Shown: positions 53,275 to 63,881, counted from the stretch's first letter. The stretch is 64,000 nt of DNA from a virus (IMGVR_UViG_3300037424_000434:96001-160000); one strand, 5' to 3'. Notes: generated by a model from the letters alone, not told the origin. Translations and numbers: made by a program.

Positions 53275-54119
53275 TGAACAGACAGCATTACTTTTACAAT
53301 GCAATGCGCAAAACCATTGTCCAGTTCTTGGATTTGTTCAATGATCTGGTTATCGCTCGATATACCCAAGAGGGTGAGGTTATTAAATATGTTAAGGTGC
53401 CCCTGAAGTTTGCACCAAAAACCAAACAATGGTATTGGACAGAGTTGAGAAATGCGGAAGATCGTCGGGACCAAGTGTTGCCCATGATTGCAGTGGAACT
53501 TGAAAGTGTTGAATATGCAAAAGAGCGACAGGTTAATCGTAATCACAAAATAACAGCCGCCAATGATGGAGCAACAGGATATAGATATTATAATCCCGTT
53601 CCCTATGATTTCACTTTTAGCGTTCAGATTGCTGCTGAATATATGGTGGATATAACACAGATAGTGGAACAAATCTTTCCATTCTTTACCCCAGAAGCCT
53701 ATATAAGAATCACCATACCAGAATTAAACATTTCTGGTGCGGGGGTCGGTGGTGCCGATGGTGTCGATAATCTTGATTTAAAGGTTGTATATGAATCATC
53801 CCAGAAGAATGCTACTGTTGAGATAGATGAGGCAAACTTTCGGGTATTACTGTGGACCCTAACATTCAAAGTTCAAGGTTACCTATTCTCTCCAATAGAA
53901 GAGACAAAATCGATCCATACAATTGGTATCAACTATTTTCTTAATGAGGTTGGGTTTGACAATCGTCTTGATGATATTAACAATTTAATAGGTGAGGTTG
54001 GACATTCTGCTGTACAAGGGGTTGTATCGACAACATTAACACCCCAAGATATTATTGATTTGGTTCAGGTTGATGACGACGTTAGAGAGATGTACAAATA
54101 CGAACATTATGAGCAATAA
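53274..54119 (+). CDS. gp15: Tail sheath terminator/stabiliser
   Basis: YFYNAMRKTIVQF.DLFNDL, KVPLKFAPK, LPMI, PVPYDF.F.V.I, QIVEQIFPFFTP. Confidence 0.92.
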   Translation: MNRQHYFYNAMRKTIVQFLDLFNDLVIARYTQEGEVIKYVKVPLKFAPKTKQWYWTELRNAEDRRDQVLPMIAVELESVEYAKERQVNRNHKITAANDGATGYRYYNPVPYDFTFSVQIAAEYMVDITQIVEQIFPFFTPEAYIRITIPELNISGAGVGGADGVDNLDLKVVYESSQKNATVEIDEANFRVLLWTLTFKVQGYLFSPIEETKSIHTIGINYFLNEVGFDNRLDDINNLIGEVGHSAVQGVVSTTLTPQDIIDLVQVDDDVREMYKYEHYEQ

Positions 54120-54623
54120 ATGACAGTTAATAATTTAGCAAAAGCTACCTCCAATAATTTTGAATTAATATTCCCCAAGATACCCACTGAGAGTAGTTTG
54201 GGTGCGATGGAAGGATTGACATTAAATATACATACAACCGTAATACCGTCTATGACATTGGAAACCACTGATATAAACTGGCAAGGCGGGGTTGCTCATT
54301 ATGAAATTGGAACATTAACGTTTGAGCCATGGTATGTAAATTTTACAATAGATTCGAATTATGATAACTGGAAGAAGTTATATAAATGGATAACTTTTAT
54401 AAATAATAATAAGGATAGATTTGGTAGACCACGAGACGAATACAAGGTTGATGCGGTGCTTCGTGTTCTCAACAATTTCAGACAAGAAGTAATGATAATA
54501 GATATACGTAACGTTTGGATAAATATGTTGGGTGAAATAACATTAACCTACCGAGAAGGGGACCAAAACTTAGATTCACAAGCAAATTTCATATATGATA
54601 GATATGAAGTAAGAGATATCTAA
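54120..54623 (+). CDS. gp3: Tail tube terminator (gp3-like, gp19 fold)
   Basis: NNFELIFPKIP...IPSMTL...LTFEPWYVNFTIDSNYDNWKKLYKWI...LRVLNN...W...LGEI. Confidence 0.65.
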   Translation: MTVNNLAKATSNNFELIFPKIPTESSLGAMEGLTLNIHTTVIPSMTLETTDINWQGGVAHYEIGTLTFEPWYVNFTIDSNYDNWKKLYKWITFINNNKDRFGRPRDEYKVDAVLRVLNNFRQEVMIIDIRNVWINMLGEITLTYREGDQNLDSQANFIYDRYEVRDI

Positions 54624-54643
54624 TATAAGGAGGAACACAGTAT
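54621..54643 (+). repeat. Dead copy of the gp18 translation-initiation region (direct repeat of 56320-56343)
   Basis: TAATATAAGGAGGAACA-CAGTAT versus TAATTTAAGGAGGAACAACAGTAT(G). Confidence 0.75.
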
Positions 54644-54692
54644 TATTTACGTTTTATTGCAAATGGTGTACGATATATGAAAGGGGTATACA

Positions 54693-56327
54693 ATGAAATT
54701 AACAGATGATACTATAGAAAAATATGATATCTACATCACAACAAACGGCAAATATCGTTCTCGTGTACAAAAAAGAACTTATACCTTATTAATATGTGAG
54801 GAATGTGGGGAAGATTTTTTGGGTATAGATGAGAAAAGAAAATTTTGTACAAAAAAATGTTCAGCAAATAACGAAAATGTATCACTGAAACGTGCAAAAA
54901 CAAATATAATTAAATATGGATGTTCCGAACCTCTATCCAATCATGACATAAGAGAAAAGGCAAAAGATACAAAAAATATAAAATATGGCGATGAAAATTT
55001 TGTGAATCCACAAAAAGCATTGAGAACAAAAATAAAAAAATATGGCGATTTTGAATCTATTACAGAAAAAACAAAATCAACGAAACTGGAAATATATGAT
55101 GACGAATATTACACCAATCCTAACAAGAGAATAGAAACTTTAATAGAACGATATGATGTAAAAGATTCTTTCTCCATAAAAGGTGTATCAGAAAAAATAA
55201 AAGAAAGATTGTTAGATAATTATGGAGTTGATAATTTTTTTAAATCAAATCTTTTTATAGAACAAAAGAAAAAGCTAATATCAGAAGAACGAAATATACG
55301 ATATCAGAGAATATATAAAGAATTTTCTGACGAAAAGTATACAATATTAACCAGTATATATGAATATATACTGACAGGCGGTCTTGTCATAGCAAAATGT
55401 CCAAAAGGACATATTCAAGAATATTATATAAGCAATTGGAACAAAGGATGTAGATGTGGTAAGTGTTTTGGGAATGTTTCAAAAACCGAAATAGAGATTT
55501 CCGACTTTGTTAAAAGCTTGGATGTTCATGTGATATCGAATGATAGAACAATAATTTCTCCACTTGAATTGGATATAGTTATACCAGAAAAGAAAATAGC
55601 AATCGAATATTGTGGTTTATATTGGCACAGTGAAGAACTTGGTAAAAGTAAAGGATATCATTTACATAAATTGGAAAAATGCAAAGAAAAAGATTATCAA
55701 TTAATTACTGTTTTTGAGAATGAATGGATTAATACCAAAGACATAGTTAAATCTATAATAAAAACAAAATTGGGCAAATTGGATTATAAAATACACGCAA
55801 GACAATGTGTGATAAAAGAAACCTCTTTTGCCGAAAAAAAAATTTTCTTGGGCGATAACCATTTACAAGGGGATTGTGTATCAAAATACAATATGGGATT
55901 ATATTTTAAAGATGAACTGGTTTCATTGTTAACTATAGGAAAATCCAGATTTGATAATAAATATGATTATGAGATATTAAGATTCTGTAATAAATTGAAT
56001 ACATCTATTTCTGGTTCATTTTCTAAGTTATTTTCTCATTTCAAGAAAAACATTGGTAGTGGATATATTGTTACATATTCTGATAGAAGATATTTTGATG
56101 GAATGATTTATGCAAATAATGGTTTTATATTTGAGAAATACACAGAACCAAATTATTGGTATAGCAAAGGGTATAACCTATATAACAGAATGGTATTCCA
56201 AAAACACAAACTAAAAAATAAATTATCATCTTATAACGATAATTTGACGGAAAAAGAAAATATGGAAAAAGATAAATACTATAGAATATGGGATTGCGGG
56301 AATTACAAATATTCCATAGTAATTTAA
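54693..56327 (+). CDS. Hef-like homing endonuclease
   Basis: KYG repeats, CPKGH, LELDIVIPEKKIAIEYCGLYWHS, IHARQC, NHLQG, EILRFC, YSDRRY, RIWDCG. Putative promoter TTTACG-N17-TACGAT at 54646-54674. Confidence 0.75.
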   Translation: MKLTDDTIEKYDIYITTNGKYRSRVQKRTYTLLICEECGEDFLGIDEKRKFCTKKCSANNENVSLKRAKTNIIKYGCSEPLSNHDIREKAKDTKNIKYGDENFVNPQKALRTKIKKYGDFESITEKTKSTKLEIYDDEYYTNPNKRIETLIERYDVKDSFSIKGVSEKIKERLLDNYGVDNFFKSNLFIEQKKKLISEERNIRYQRIYKEFSDEKYTILTSIYEYILTGGLVIAKCPKGHIQEYYISNWNKGCRCGKCFGNVSKTEIEISDFVKSLDVHVISNDRTIISPLELDIVIPEKKIAIEYCGLYWHSEELGKSKGYHLHKLEKCKEKDYQLITVFENEWINTKDIVKSIIKTKLGKLDYKIHARQCVIKETSFAEKKIFLGDNHLQGDCVSKYNMGLYFKDELVSLLTIGKSRFDNKYDYEILRFCNKLNTSISGSFSKLFSHFKKNIGSGYIVTYSDRRYFDGMIYANNGFIFEKYTEPNYWYSKGYNLYNRMVFQKHKLKNKLSSYNDNLTEKENMEKDKYYRIWDCGNYKYSIVI

Positions 56328-56341
56328 GGAGGAACAACAGT

Positions 56342-58567
56342 ATGGCTTTTTATTTGTCTCCACTTGTAGACGTTAACGAAATTGATTTGTCTACAACCAT
56401 TGGTGCCGTTGCTACAAGTATCGGAGTAATTGCCCTCAGAGATACCTACAAGGGCGCGGAGAAGAAACAAACCCTCGTCACAGATGAACAAGATTTAATC
56501 AAGGCATTCGGGGAACCTGATAACTCTTCTTATGAAGATATTTTGTCGGCTACGGGTTTTCTTAAATATGGAAATAAACTGTACGCGACACGAGTGTTGC
56601 CGGGGGATGCAACGTTTGCTGGCTTGACCATTCCGGTAGGCTCTGGGCTAACAGTTGATATCGATACAACCGCAGACGGTGTTGGTACCGTACTTGGTGC
56701 AATTACTGCCGGTGGTACAGGATACAGTGATGGTCTTGCAGAAGCAACCACGGGTGGAACAGGAACTGGGTTAACCGTAGATATCACAACTTCCGCTGGT
56801 GTTGTGACAGTTGTTACGCTTAATGCGGGTGGTAGTGGATACACTGCCGCTGATGTTCTTACTGTGGCAAGTGGAAACGCAGATGCGACTTTTGTTGTGA
56901 CATCCATCGCCGATGGTGTGGTAACAGCAGTGTCTATGGCAAGCTCTGGTACGGGATATACTGATGGACAGGTTGTGCCTGTTCTTGGCGGTACTGGCAC
57001 AGGACTTACTGTGGAGATTACAGACGGTAACGCTGATGGTATACCCGAGTCAGTGGCTGTTTCGACAGGTGGTTCTGGTTATGCTGCTATAGTGTCACTG
57101 GCAACATTTTCTGGTGGAAATGCTTTCTCTGCTCTTGATTTGGGTTTTCCAACTCAGACCATGGCAGACCTTCCAAGCGAAGATCCCGATGATTTTGGTA
57201 ATGACGTGACCGTAACAACCGCAGGCGATCAAATGTGGGTTATTGCGGCGTCTCGCGGAGCATGGGGGAACAATGTTCGTGTTGCATTCCTTGATTACGC
57301 CACTCAGCGCACAATGATTGATGGTTCTGCTGGGGCATATGTTGCAGGTGGGTCATACGAACAATTTGCTTCACAGGATAATGCTCTGGAGTCAACCACT
57401 GATTTTTTGGTGATGGTCCAAGAAAAACCGCAAAGAAAAAATACATGGGTAACAAGAGAAACATTTAATGTGTCAACCGATCCTAATGCGCTCGATGATA
57501 CTGGTGGTAAGAGATATGCTGAAGACGTGATCAACCAGTCTTCTAATATCATTCGCGTGGCTCTTGGTGGTGTTGTTGAAGGCGAAGCTTTTGATGCATC
57601 CTTAGCACAGGATGGATGGTATACATTGGTTGGCGGTACTAGTGGTACATATGTAGCACTAGAACAAGATGCTGAAGTTATCGCAGCATATCGTTTATAT
57701 GAAGACCCGGAAACAGTTGACATCAATCTCATCATTGATTCAAATAAATCAGAAACAGTTAAGGCTGATCTGGTAGCTCTATGCGAGTCAAGGCTTGATT
57801 GTATGTTGATTGCTGACGTACCCAAAGCTATTGTTGTTAACAACAAAGGCAATGAGACCACAGACATTCGTGATTGGAGAAATGGAACTGGTTCTTATAC
57901 AACAACAAACTTTAATCAAAATTCTTCATATGCTGCTGTTTACGGTAACTGGTTGGAAGTGTATGATAAGTACAATCAGAAGTATAGGTGGATTCCATCC
58001 TCTGGGTATATTGCAGGAGTGTATGCAAAAACCGATGATGTACGTGACCCTTGGTATGCCCCTGCGGGACTAAACCGCGCAGTTCTTACACAGGTTCGCA
58101 GACTTGCATGGAACCCCAAAATGGGTAACAGAGACATTCTGTACAGTAACGGAATCAACCCAATCGTATCTTTTTCCGGTGAAGGAAAGGTTGTTTGGGG
58201 CCAAAAGACAATGCTTGCAAAGTCTTCCGCATTTGATCGAGTTAATGTTCGCAGATTGTTTATGGTTCTTGAAAAAGCGATCAGCACTTCAGCGAAATAC
58301 TTTTTGTTCGAGCCCAATGATTCGGCAACGAGAGTTCTGTTGAAATCAATGATTGATCCGTTCTTGCGTGATATTCAGTCAAGACGCGGAATATATGAAT
58401 TCAAGGTTATCTGTGATGAAAGCAATAACACAGATGAGAGAATTGATAGAAATGAACTATGGTGTGATATTCTTATCAAACCTACTCGTTCCGCTGAGTT
58501 CATTGTCCTGAATTTCGTTGCAACAAAAACGGGAGCTTCGTTTGAAGAAGCTGTTAATGCGATATAA
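56342..58567 (+). CDS. gp18: Tail sheath protein with Gly/Thr-rich insertion
   Basis: MAFYLSPLVDVNEIDLS, FG.P...F..YG..L..TRV, WIP.SG.IAG, PWYAPAG.NR, GINPI, VWGQKT, FDRVNVRRLF, FEPND, IKP.RS.EFI.LNF. ATG 56342 follows AAGGAGG. Confidence 0.97.
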   Translation: MAFYLSPLVDVNEIDLSTTIGAVATSIGVIALRDTYKGAEKKQTLVTDEQDLIKAFGEPDNSSYEDILSATGFLKYGNKLYATRVLPGDATFAGLTIPVGSGLTVDIDTTADGVGTVLGAITAGGTGYSDGLAEATTGGTGTGLTVDITTSAGVVTVVTLNAGGSGYTAADVLTVASGNADATFVVTSIADGVVTAVSMASSGTGYTDGQVVPVLGGTGTGLTVEITDGNADGIPESVAVSTGGSGYAAIVSLATFSGGNAFSALDLGFPTQTMADLPSEDPDDFGNDVTVTTAGDQMWVIAASRGAWGNNVRVAFLDYATQRTMIDGSAGAYVAGGSYEQFASQDNALESTTDFLVMVQEKPQRKNTWVTRETFNVSTDPNALDDTGGKRYAEDVINQSSNIIRVALGGVVEGEAFDASLAQDGWYTLVGGTSGTYVALEQDAEVIAAYRLYEDPETVDINLIIDSNKSETVKADLVALCESRLDCMLIADVPKAIVVNNKGNETTDIRDWRNGTGSYTTTNFNQNSSYAAVYGNWLEVYDKYNQKYRWIPSSGYIAGVYAKTDDVRDPWYAPAGLNRAVLTQVRRLAWNPKMGNRDILYSNGINPIVSFSGEGKVVWGQKTMLAKSSAFDRVNVRRLFMVLEKAISTSAKYFLFEPNDSATRVLLKSMIDPFLRDIQSRRGIYEFKVICDESNNTDERIDRNELWCDILIKPTRSAEFIVLNFVATKTGASFEEAVNAI

Positions 58568-58669
58568 AGAAGGTTATGTAATTATATAGAATGGGACACC
58601 ATTGGCCGATGCTGAGTCAACTTACCCTTTAGTTGACTCTAACCATTTAATATAATATAAAGGGGTATT

Positions 58670-60199
58670 ATGAATAAATGTATTGTGTGCGAAGCAGAGA
58701 CAAACAAAAAAAGAAAATTTTGTTCGATAAAATGTGGTTCCATTTATACCAACGAAAAGAGAAGACGTGATAGAAAGGCCCTTTTGGATACTGCAATCAT
58801 ATATGACAGGAATAAGACGGTTTCTTTAATCAAAGAATATCACAAAAAAAGTATTATATCAAAAAATAACATTACACAGAGTTTATACAAAGTTGATGTA
58901 AATTTGATACCATCAATAGAATATCATACACAATACATAAAAAACAGAAAATTCAAAGAAAAGTATTATCATATATTAAATAATTTGTCATGTATCCCAG
59001 AATGTAGAGAGTGTGGTTCTTTGTTGGATGTTAATTTTGTGACAATTGAACAAGGATACCAATCTTTGTTGTGCAAAAAGTGTTCACAGCTAGAATTAAA
59101 CAAAAAAACCAGTGACACTCACAAGACAAATAAACGAACAAAAAATTTTGAACTATATAAAAAGACATTAAGTGATGAATTCATTATAACAACAAACAAA
59201 AACGATTTTATTGAAACCGGTGAATTATCTTATATACACAGAGAATGTGGTAAGGCATTTTCACGAAAATTAGCATATCATAATGGGTGCCCTTATTGCT
59301 CCAAACAAGGAATATCCAAATGGGAAAAAGAGGTAAACAATTTTATTGAATCTCTTGATGTGGCGACAACATGTAACAAAAAGTTATTAAAAGATGAAAC
59401 TCAGCAGGGCAACAAAGGCAATCGCGAAATTGATATCTATGTCCCCTCATATGAATTAGGTATCGAGTGTAATGGAAATTATACTCATACGGAAAATAGT
59501 GGGGGGAAAGACAGAAGTTATCATCTACACAAAACAGAAAAATCGTTAGAATTGGGTGTAAAGTTAATTCATATTCTGGAATCAGAATGGATACTCAAAA
59601 ACGAAATAGTTAAGTCGATAATTTCAAACAAATTACACAAATCAACAAACATTATATATGCAAGGAAATGTGTAATAAAAGAAGTTAGTGTAAACGACAA
59701 AAATGAATTCTTAGAACAAAACCATTTACAAGGAAAAGATAATTCCAAAATAAGATTAGGTTTATGTTATAATGATAAATTAGTATCAATTATGACATTT
59801 GGTTCAAGAAGGATAACAGGAAAAACAACGTTTGAATTATTGAGGTATTGTAACATATTGAATACTAATGTAGTTGGTGGTGCTTCGAAGTTGTTTAAAA
59901 TGTTTTTGAATAATTTTTGGGATGGACAAGAAATACATACATATGCTGACAGAAGATATAGCACAGGTGATTTGTATGATAAATTGGGATTTACTTTATC
60001 ACATATAAGCCCACCTAATTACTGGTATTGCCATAAAAAAGATTTATATACAATATTTCACAGATCTATTTTCATGAAACATAAATTGGAAAAGAGGTTG
60101 GATATATTTAACCCTGACACAACGGAATGGGATAACATGCAAGTAAATGGATATGATAGGATCTGGGATTGTGGTAATTATGTTTTTTGTTATAAATAG
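58670..60199 (+). CDS. Hef-like homing endonuclease
   Basis: CIVC...FCSIKC, CRECG, HRECG...GCPYC, EIDIYVP...GIECNG.Y.H, IYARKC, NHLQG, ELLRYC...GGASKL, YADRRYS, RIWDCG. Confidence 0.75.
   Translation: MNKCIVCEAETNKKRKFCSIKCGSIYTNEKRRRDRKALLDTAIIYDRNKTVSLIKEYHKKSIISKNNITQSLYKVDVNLIPSIEYHTQYIKNRKFKEKYYHILNNLSCIPECRECGSLLDVNFVTIEQGYQSLLCKKCSQLELNKKTSDTHKTNKRTKNFELYKKTLSDEFIITTNKNDFIETGELSYIHRECGKAFSRKLAYHNGCPYCSKQGISKWEKEVNNFIESLDVATTCNKKLLKDETQQGNKGNREIDIYVPSYELGIECNGNYTHTENSGGKDRSYHLHKTEKSLELGVKLIHILESEWILKNEIVKSIISNKLHKSTNIIYARKCVIKEVSVNDKNEFLEQNHLQGKDNSKIRLGLCYNDKLVSIMTFGSRRITGKTTFELLRYCNILNTNVVGGASKLFKMFLNNFWDGQEIHTYADRRYSTGDLYDKLGFTLSHISPPNYWYCHKKDLYTIFHRSIFMKHKLEKRLDIFNPDTTEWDNMQVNGYDRIWDCGNYVFCYK
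60191..60198 (+). promoter_or_regulatory. Late promoter TATAAATA
   Basis: Exact motif upstream of gp19, overlapping the nuclease stop. Confidence 0.7.
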
Positions 60200-60253
60200 A
60201 TATAACAGTTAATATGGGGGAGGAAACAGCCCCTACATTTAGGAGGAAAACAA

Positions 60254-60808
60254 ATGGCTTTTAACATTGACGCAATGACAGATAGATATACTGATTTTAT
60301 GCGTAATTATTTGTTCTATTGCAAAATAGTACAAGCACCCGCAGGGATTCTTGGTGGGGCACTACAAAACAATCACCCATATCTTGTAACATCCGCTAAC
60401 CTTCCAACCACAACGATTGGTCATGCTGAAGCGGCGTTTCAGGGGAATACTTATAGAGTTGGAACAACAACCGAGTTTGAGGATTATACCGTTACATTTC
60501 GTGCCGATGTAAATCATGACCTCAGACGTGAATTCCTTAGATGGGCTAATATTATACATAACCCAATCACAAACGTTCACGGTACTCCTACTAGTTATCA
60601 TGGAAAAATGGCATTGGATCATATTGGACCAGACGGACAAGTTAAAATGAAGTACAATTTTATAAAGATATGGCCGAAAGTTGTCGGTGAAATCGCACTT
60701 GAACATACAAGCAAAGATTTTTCGACATTTCCTGTCACATTTTCATATCAGTACCATTATGCTGATAGCGTTAATGGGGTAACTGCTGACCCAACCGGGA
60801 CCGTTTAA
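60254..60808 (+). CDS. gp19: Tail tube protein
   Basis: SANLP...G..E..F.G.....GT..EF.D..VTF..D....LR..F..W, Y.F..IWP..VGEI.L, F.VTF.YQY. Follows gp18. Confidence 0.85.
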   Translation: MAFNIDAMTDRYTDFMRNYLFYCKIVQAPAGILGGALQNNHPYLVTSANLPTTTIGHAEAAFQGNTYRVGTTTEFEDYTVTFRADVNHDLRREFLRWANIIHNPITNVHGTPTSYHGKMALDHIGPDGQVKMKYNFIKIWPKVVGEIALEHTSKDFSTFPVTFSYQYHYADSVNGVTADPTGTV

Positions 60809-60836
60809 TTAGTTAAAATATTTGTGGAGGTACTCG

Positions 60837-61664
60837 ATGAGTAGCCAAAAATTTGTGTCGGAAACACCGCAGGACCGTGAAAAAAGATTGGCTGAGAAGA
60901 AACCAATAGCGGAAACATTAGTTGCCATTGATATAAAATCATATATTAATGTATACGAATTTAGCACAGTATTACCGGGAAATGGTCAAACTGTAAAATT
61001 TAAACCTGTAACCACAGGTCAGATGAAAAAATTGTTAGCTTATGAACAATCTGATTCTCCCATGGAAATGGAAAAGGCATTGGATTCGTTGATAGAGGAG
61101 TGTGTAATTTCGCCTGACTTTGACATTAACAAACTGTATTTACAAGACCGTTTCTTTTTGTTGCTTCAGATAAGAAGCAAAACAAAAGGCGATAGATATG
61201 ACTTCACATGGAAATGTCCCATATGTGAATTAGATCAACCGGCCAGTGCCAAAATCAGTGACATGGATATTGTGTCGGCGTTGAACACAACAACAGTTAT
61301 TGATATAAATGATTCTCTTAAAGCAGAATTTGGGTTCCCGACTAGAGGTATTCAACGAGAGGCCGTTGCTATAGCAGAATCCCTCAAAGGAATAACCGAG
61401 GCCGAAAGAATGTTTGAGATAGGTGTTTACACGTATGCGTTATGTATGACCACCTTTACCACTCCAGCCGGGAAAGTGGTACCGACATTAGAGGATAAAT
61501 ATATTGTGCTGAACAGCGAAAAAAGTGAGGTGCTTTCGTCTATTCAGAAATGGATGGAAGAGAACGACTTTGGGGTTGAGTTTTTACAGAAAGTTGGTTG
61601 CGCGAACCCTTCATGTGAATTCACTCATACCATGGAGATTCCATATACAAATTTTTTCGGCTAA
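60837..61664 (+). CDS. gp26: Baseplate hub subunit
   Basis: LPG.G.TVKFKP.T..Q.KKLL, L.L.D..FLLLQIRSK.KG, CPIC, C.NPSC.... Confidence 0.85.
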   Translation: MSSQKFVSETPQDREKRLAEKKPIAETLVAIDIKSYINVYEFSTVLPGNGQTVKFKPVTTGQMKKLLAYEQSDSPMEMEKALDSLIEECVISPDFDINKLYLQDRFFLLLQIRSKTKGDRYDFTWKCPICELDQPASAKISDMDIVSALNTTTVIDINDSLKAEFGFPTRGIQREAVAIAESLKGITEAERMFEIGVYTYALCMTTFTTPAGKVVPTLEDKYIVLNSEKSEVLSSIQKWMEENDFGVEFLQKVGCANPSCEFTHTMEIPYTNFFG

Positions 61665-61852
61665 TGTTTGTTCTGTGTAGTGACTGCGATTTGGATAGTA
61701 TAATCGGGGAGCAATATTTTCTGGCACGTAGAGCAAACATCTCGTTTTCGGATAGCCAAAATCTTGCTGATTTTGAGAGAGTCATATTAGTTGGGATGAC
61801 TTCTAAAGACTTGAAAGAAGAAGCTGATATGTATAACAACATTGGTAGATAA
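61664..61852 (+). CDS. gp51: Baseplate hub assembly catalyst (gp51-like)
   Basis: 62 aa: LDSII.EQY.LA...NIS..D..NL.DFER.I.V.M...DL. Follows gp26. Confidence 0.65.
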   Translation: MFVLCSDCDLDSIIGEQYFLARRANISFSDSQNLADFERVILVGMTSKDLKEEADMYNNIGR

Positions 61853-61890
61853 TAAATTTCTTGGAAGGATTGACTTCCAATGAGACTCAC

Positions 61891-61926
61891 AAAGGGTCTG
61901 GGGTGATAAATAATCCCAGACCCTTT
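61891..61926 (+). terminator. 12-bp hairpin terminator with GATAAATA in the loop
   Basis: AAAGGGTCTGGG-gtgataaataat-CCCAGACCCTTT(T). Confidence 0.75.
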
Positions 61927-61943
61927 TGTTTTAGGAGAACGCA

Positions 61944-63881
61944 ATGGCAAAGAATAAACCAACCACAACTGAAAGTATTGACCTTATGAGAAGAGATCTT
62001 AAGGAAGAGCTAAAAAAGATGAACACATTCCTTAAAGCCGCGAGTAATGAAGAAAGCCGCGCAGTTCTTCTTGCCGAAATTGCTGAGATGACAAAAAAAC
62101 TTGCCAACATGGAAAAGAAACAAGAGGAGGTTGTGAAAGAAGAGATTAAGAAATCCGAGCCATTACACAAAACAATAAAGATGATGGCCGATGATATTGG
62201 GCGAAACACCGCCATATCACGGACAGCACAACAAACATTAACCGATATGTTTCATGGAAACAGGGAGCTCGTTGATATCTACAAGAAAGATTCGAGTATG
62301 GGGCAAGAGTTGGTCAATGTTGCTATACGAGATATGGCCAAAGCAATGTCAACCTCTCAGAGGTTACCTATAGAACTTGTCGAGAAGCAGATACGAGCCA
62401 CCATAGAGGTTTCTGAGGCAATGAAAGATTCTCAGCAGGTAATGTATTCAATGAACAAGTCGTTGAAGAATATGGCACATTCAATTCAACATAATCTAAA
62501 AAAATGGCCAGTTCTTGGTCGGTTTTTTTCTGATGCTATGATGGAGCATTACAAAACTATTGCAGGGGATATTCAAGACATATTCAAAGAACATATGTCC
62601 GATATATTAAAACCTATTGAGATATTGATTGGTCCTTTCAAGGCACTGTTTAAGATAGGGGGTATATTATTTAAATTACTACAAAACCCAAAACCAACAA
62701 TGGCCGAAACAAGAACAGCTCGTTGGCAAAATATTATTGATCGCAGAATGCTTCGGATAGATGATACTCTTGCGAAAGGGTTTAGTATAAACCAAAGACA
62801 ACTCGACTTGGCCGAAGATGCAGAAAAAGCTTCTAAGCGACATAGTATTGGAGACAAAAAAGGTCCGATGTTTTGGATTGCCAGTATTCTTGGATTGGTG
62901 TCTGGTGCTATCGTTGGATTATTGGGTGGGGTTCAGGTACAAGCATTGGGTTTCCTTAATAAACATGTATTAAAATTGGGTCAACGATTTGAAGGACTGT
63001 TCAAAGGGTTGGATAAAGTCATATCTATCATTATGCGCCCTATAATTTGGTTGAAAGGTAAAATATTAAAAGAAATAGAAGGGTTTATGGGTCTTGTGGG
63101 TGCTATTGGGAAGAGATTTAAGTCAATTGGAAAGATAGCAGAGGTTGTCAAGGGACTGTTTGGTCAGTTTGGTGGTGGGTTCGTGAAAGGATTTCTCCGA
63201 GGTCTAAAATGGATAGCGTGGCCGATCACATTGCTCATGACTGTCATTGATGCGGTCAAGGGGTTTGTTCGGGGATTTGAATCACAGGGCGGCGGTTCGG
63301 GTGGTATAATTAGTGGGTTGGTGCAGGGTCTGGGGGAGGCTGTTAAGGGATTTCTTTATCTTCCGGTAAAACTGTTTGGGTGGATCACTGATTATGTTCT
63401 GGGCCTATTTGATATACAAATTAAAGGGGGTGCCGCCGATGGAATATTTAAGGTCATAGATATGATTTTTGGGGGTATTGAGTTTACTATGCACACTATA
63501 TACAATGGTATAGTGGGGTTGATGGCCGAAATGATAGCTCCATTTTCTGACACTCTGGCAGATGAGGTTAGGGGAATGAAGACTGGTACCGGGTTGAATG
63601 CTGACCCAACAAAACAGAAAGCAATAGCAAACAGAACGGCGTCGGCTAACGCCCCAGCACAAGCCAAGGCAAACGCTGAGGCAAAAACACAACAACAACA
63701 AAAAGATGTGATGAACATGCAAAGCTCTCATACAAGCAATTCATTTGATAAAACGATCAATGAGATGGGGAACAAAATTTCTTCGTCCATACAGGTCATA
63801 AATAAAACAGCAACAATGATTCCTACAGCCCCGGAAGAAACCTATTTGGCGCTCATGGGCAATGCAATAGGAGGAGCGTAA
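61944..63881 (+). CDS. Tape measure / baseplate hub protein (gp29-like)
   Basis: Long helical N-terminus, amphipathic Gly-rich central repeats (KFLK.I.WP.T..M..ID..KG). Follows gp26-gp51. Confidence 0.7.
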   Translation: MAKNKPTTTESIDLMRRDLKEELKKMNTFLKAASNEESRAVLLAEIAEMTKKLANMEKKQEEVVKEEIKKSEPLHKTIKMMADDIGRNTAISRTAQQTLTDMFHGNRELVDIYKKDSSMGQELVNVAIRDMAKAMSTSQRLPIELVEKQIRATIEVSEAMKDSQQVMYSMNKSLKNMAHSIQHNLKKWPVLGRFFSDAMMEHYKTIAGDIQDIFKEHMSDILKPIEILIGPFKALFKIGGILFKLLQNPKPTMAETRTARWQNIIDRRMLRIDDTLAKGFSINQRQLDLAEDAEKASKRHSIGDKKGPMFWIASILGLVSGAIVGLLGGVQVQALGFLNKHVLKLGQRFEGLFKGLDKVISIIMRPIIWLKGKILKEIEGFMGLVGAIGKRFKSIGKIAEVVKGLFGQFGGGFVKGFLRGLKWIAWPITLLMTVIDAVKGFVRGFESQGGGSGGIISGLVQGLGEAVKGFLYLPVKLFGWITDYVLGLFDIQIKGGAADGIFKVIDMIFGGIEFTMHTIYNGIVGLMAEMIAPFSDTLADEVRGMKTGTGLNADPTKQKAIANRTASANAPAQAKANAEAKTQQQQKDVMNMQSSHTSNSFDKTINEMGNKISSSIQVINKTATMIPTAPEETYLALMGNAIGGA

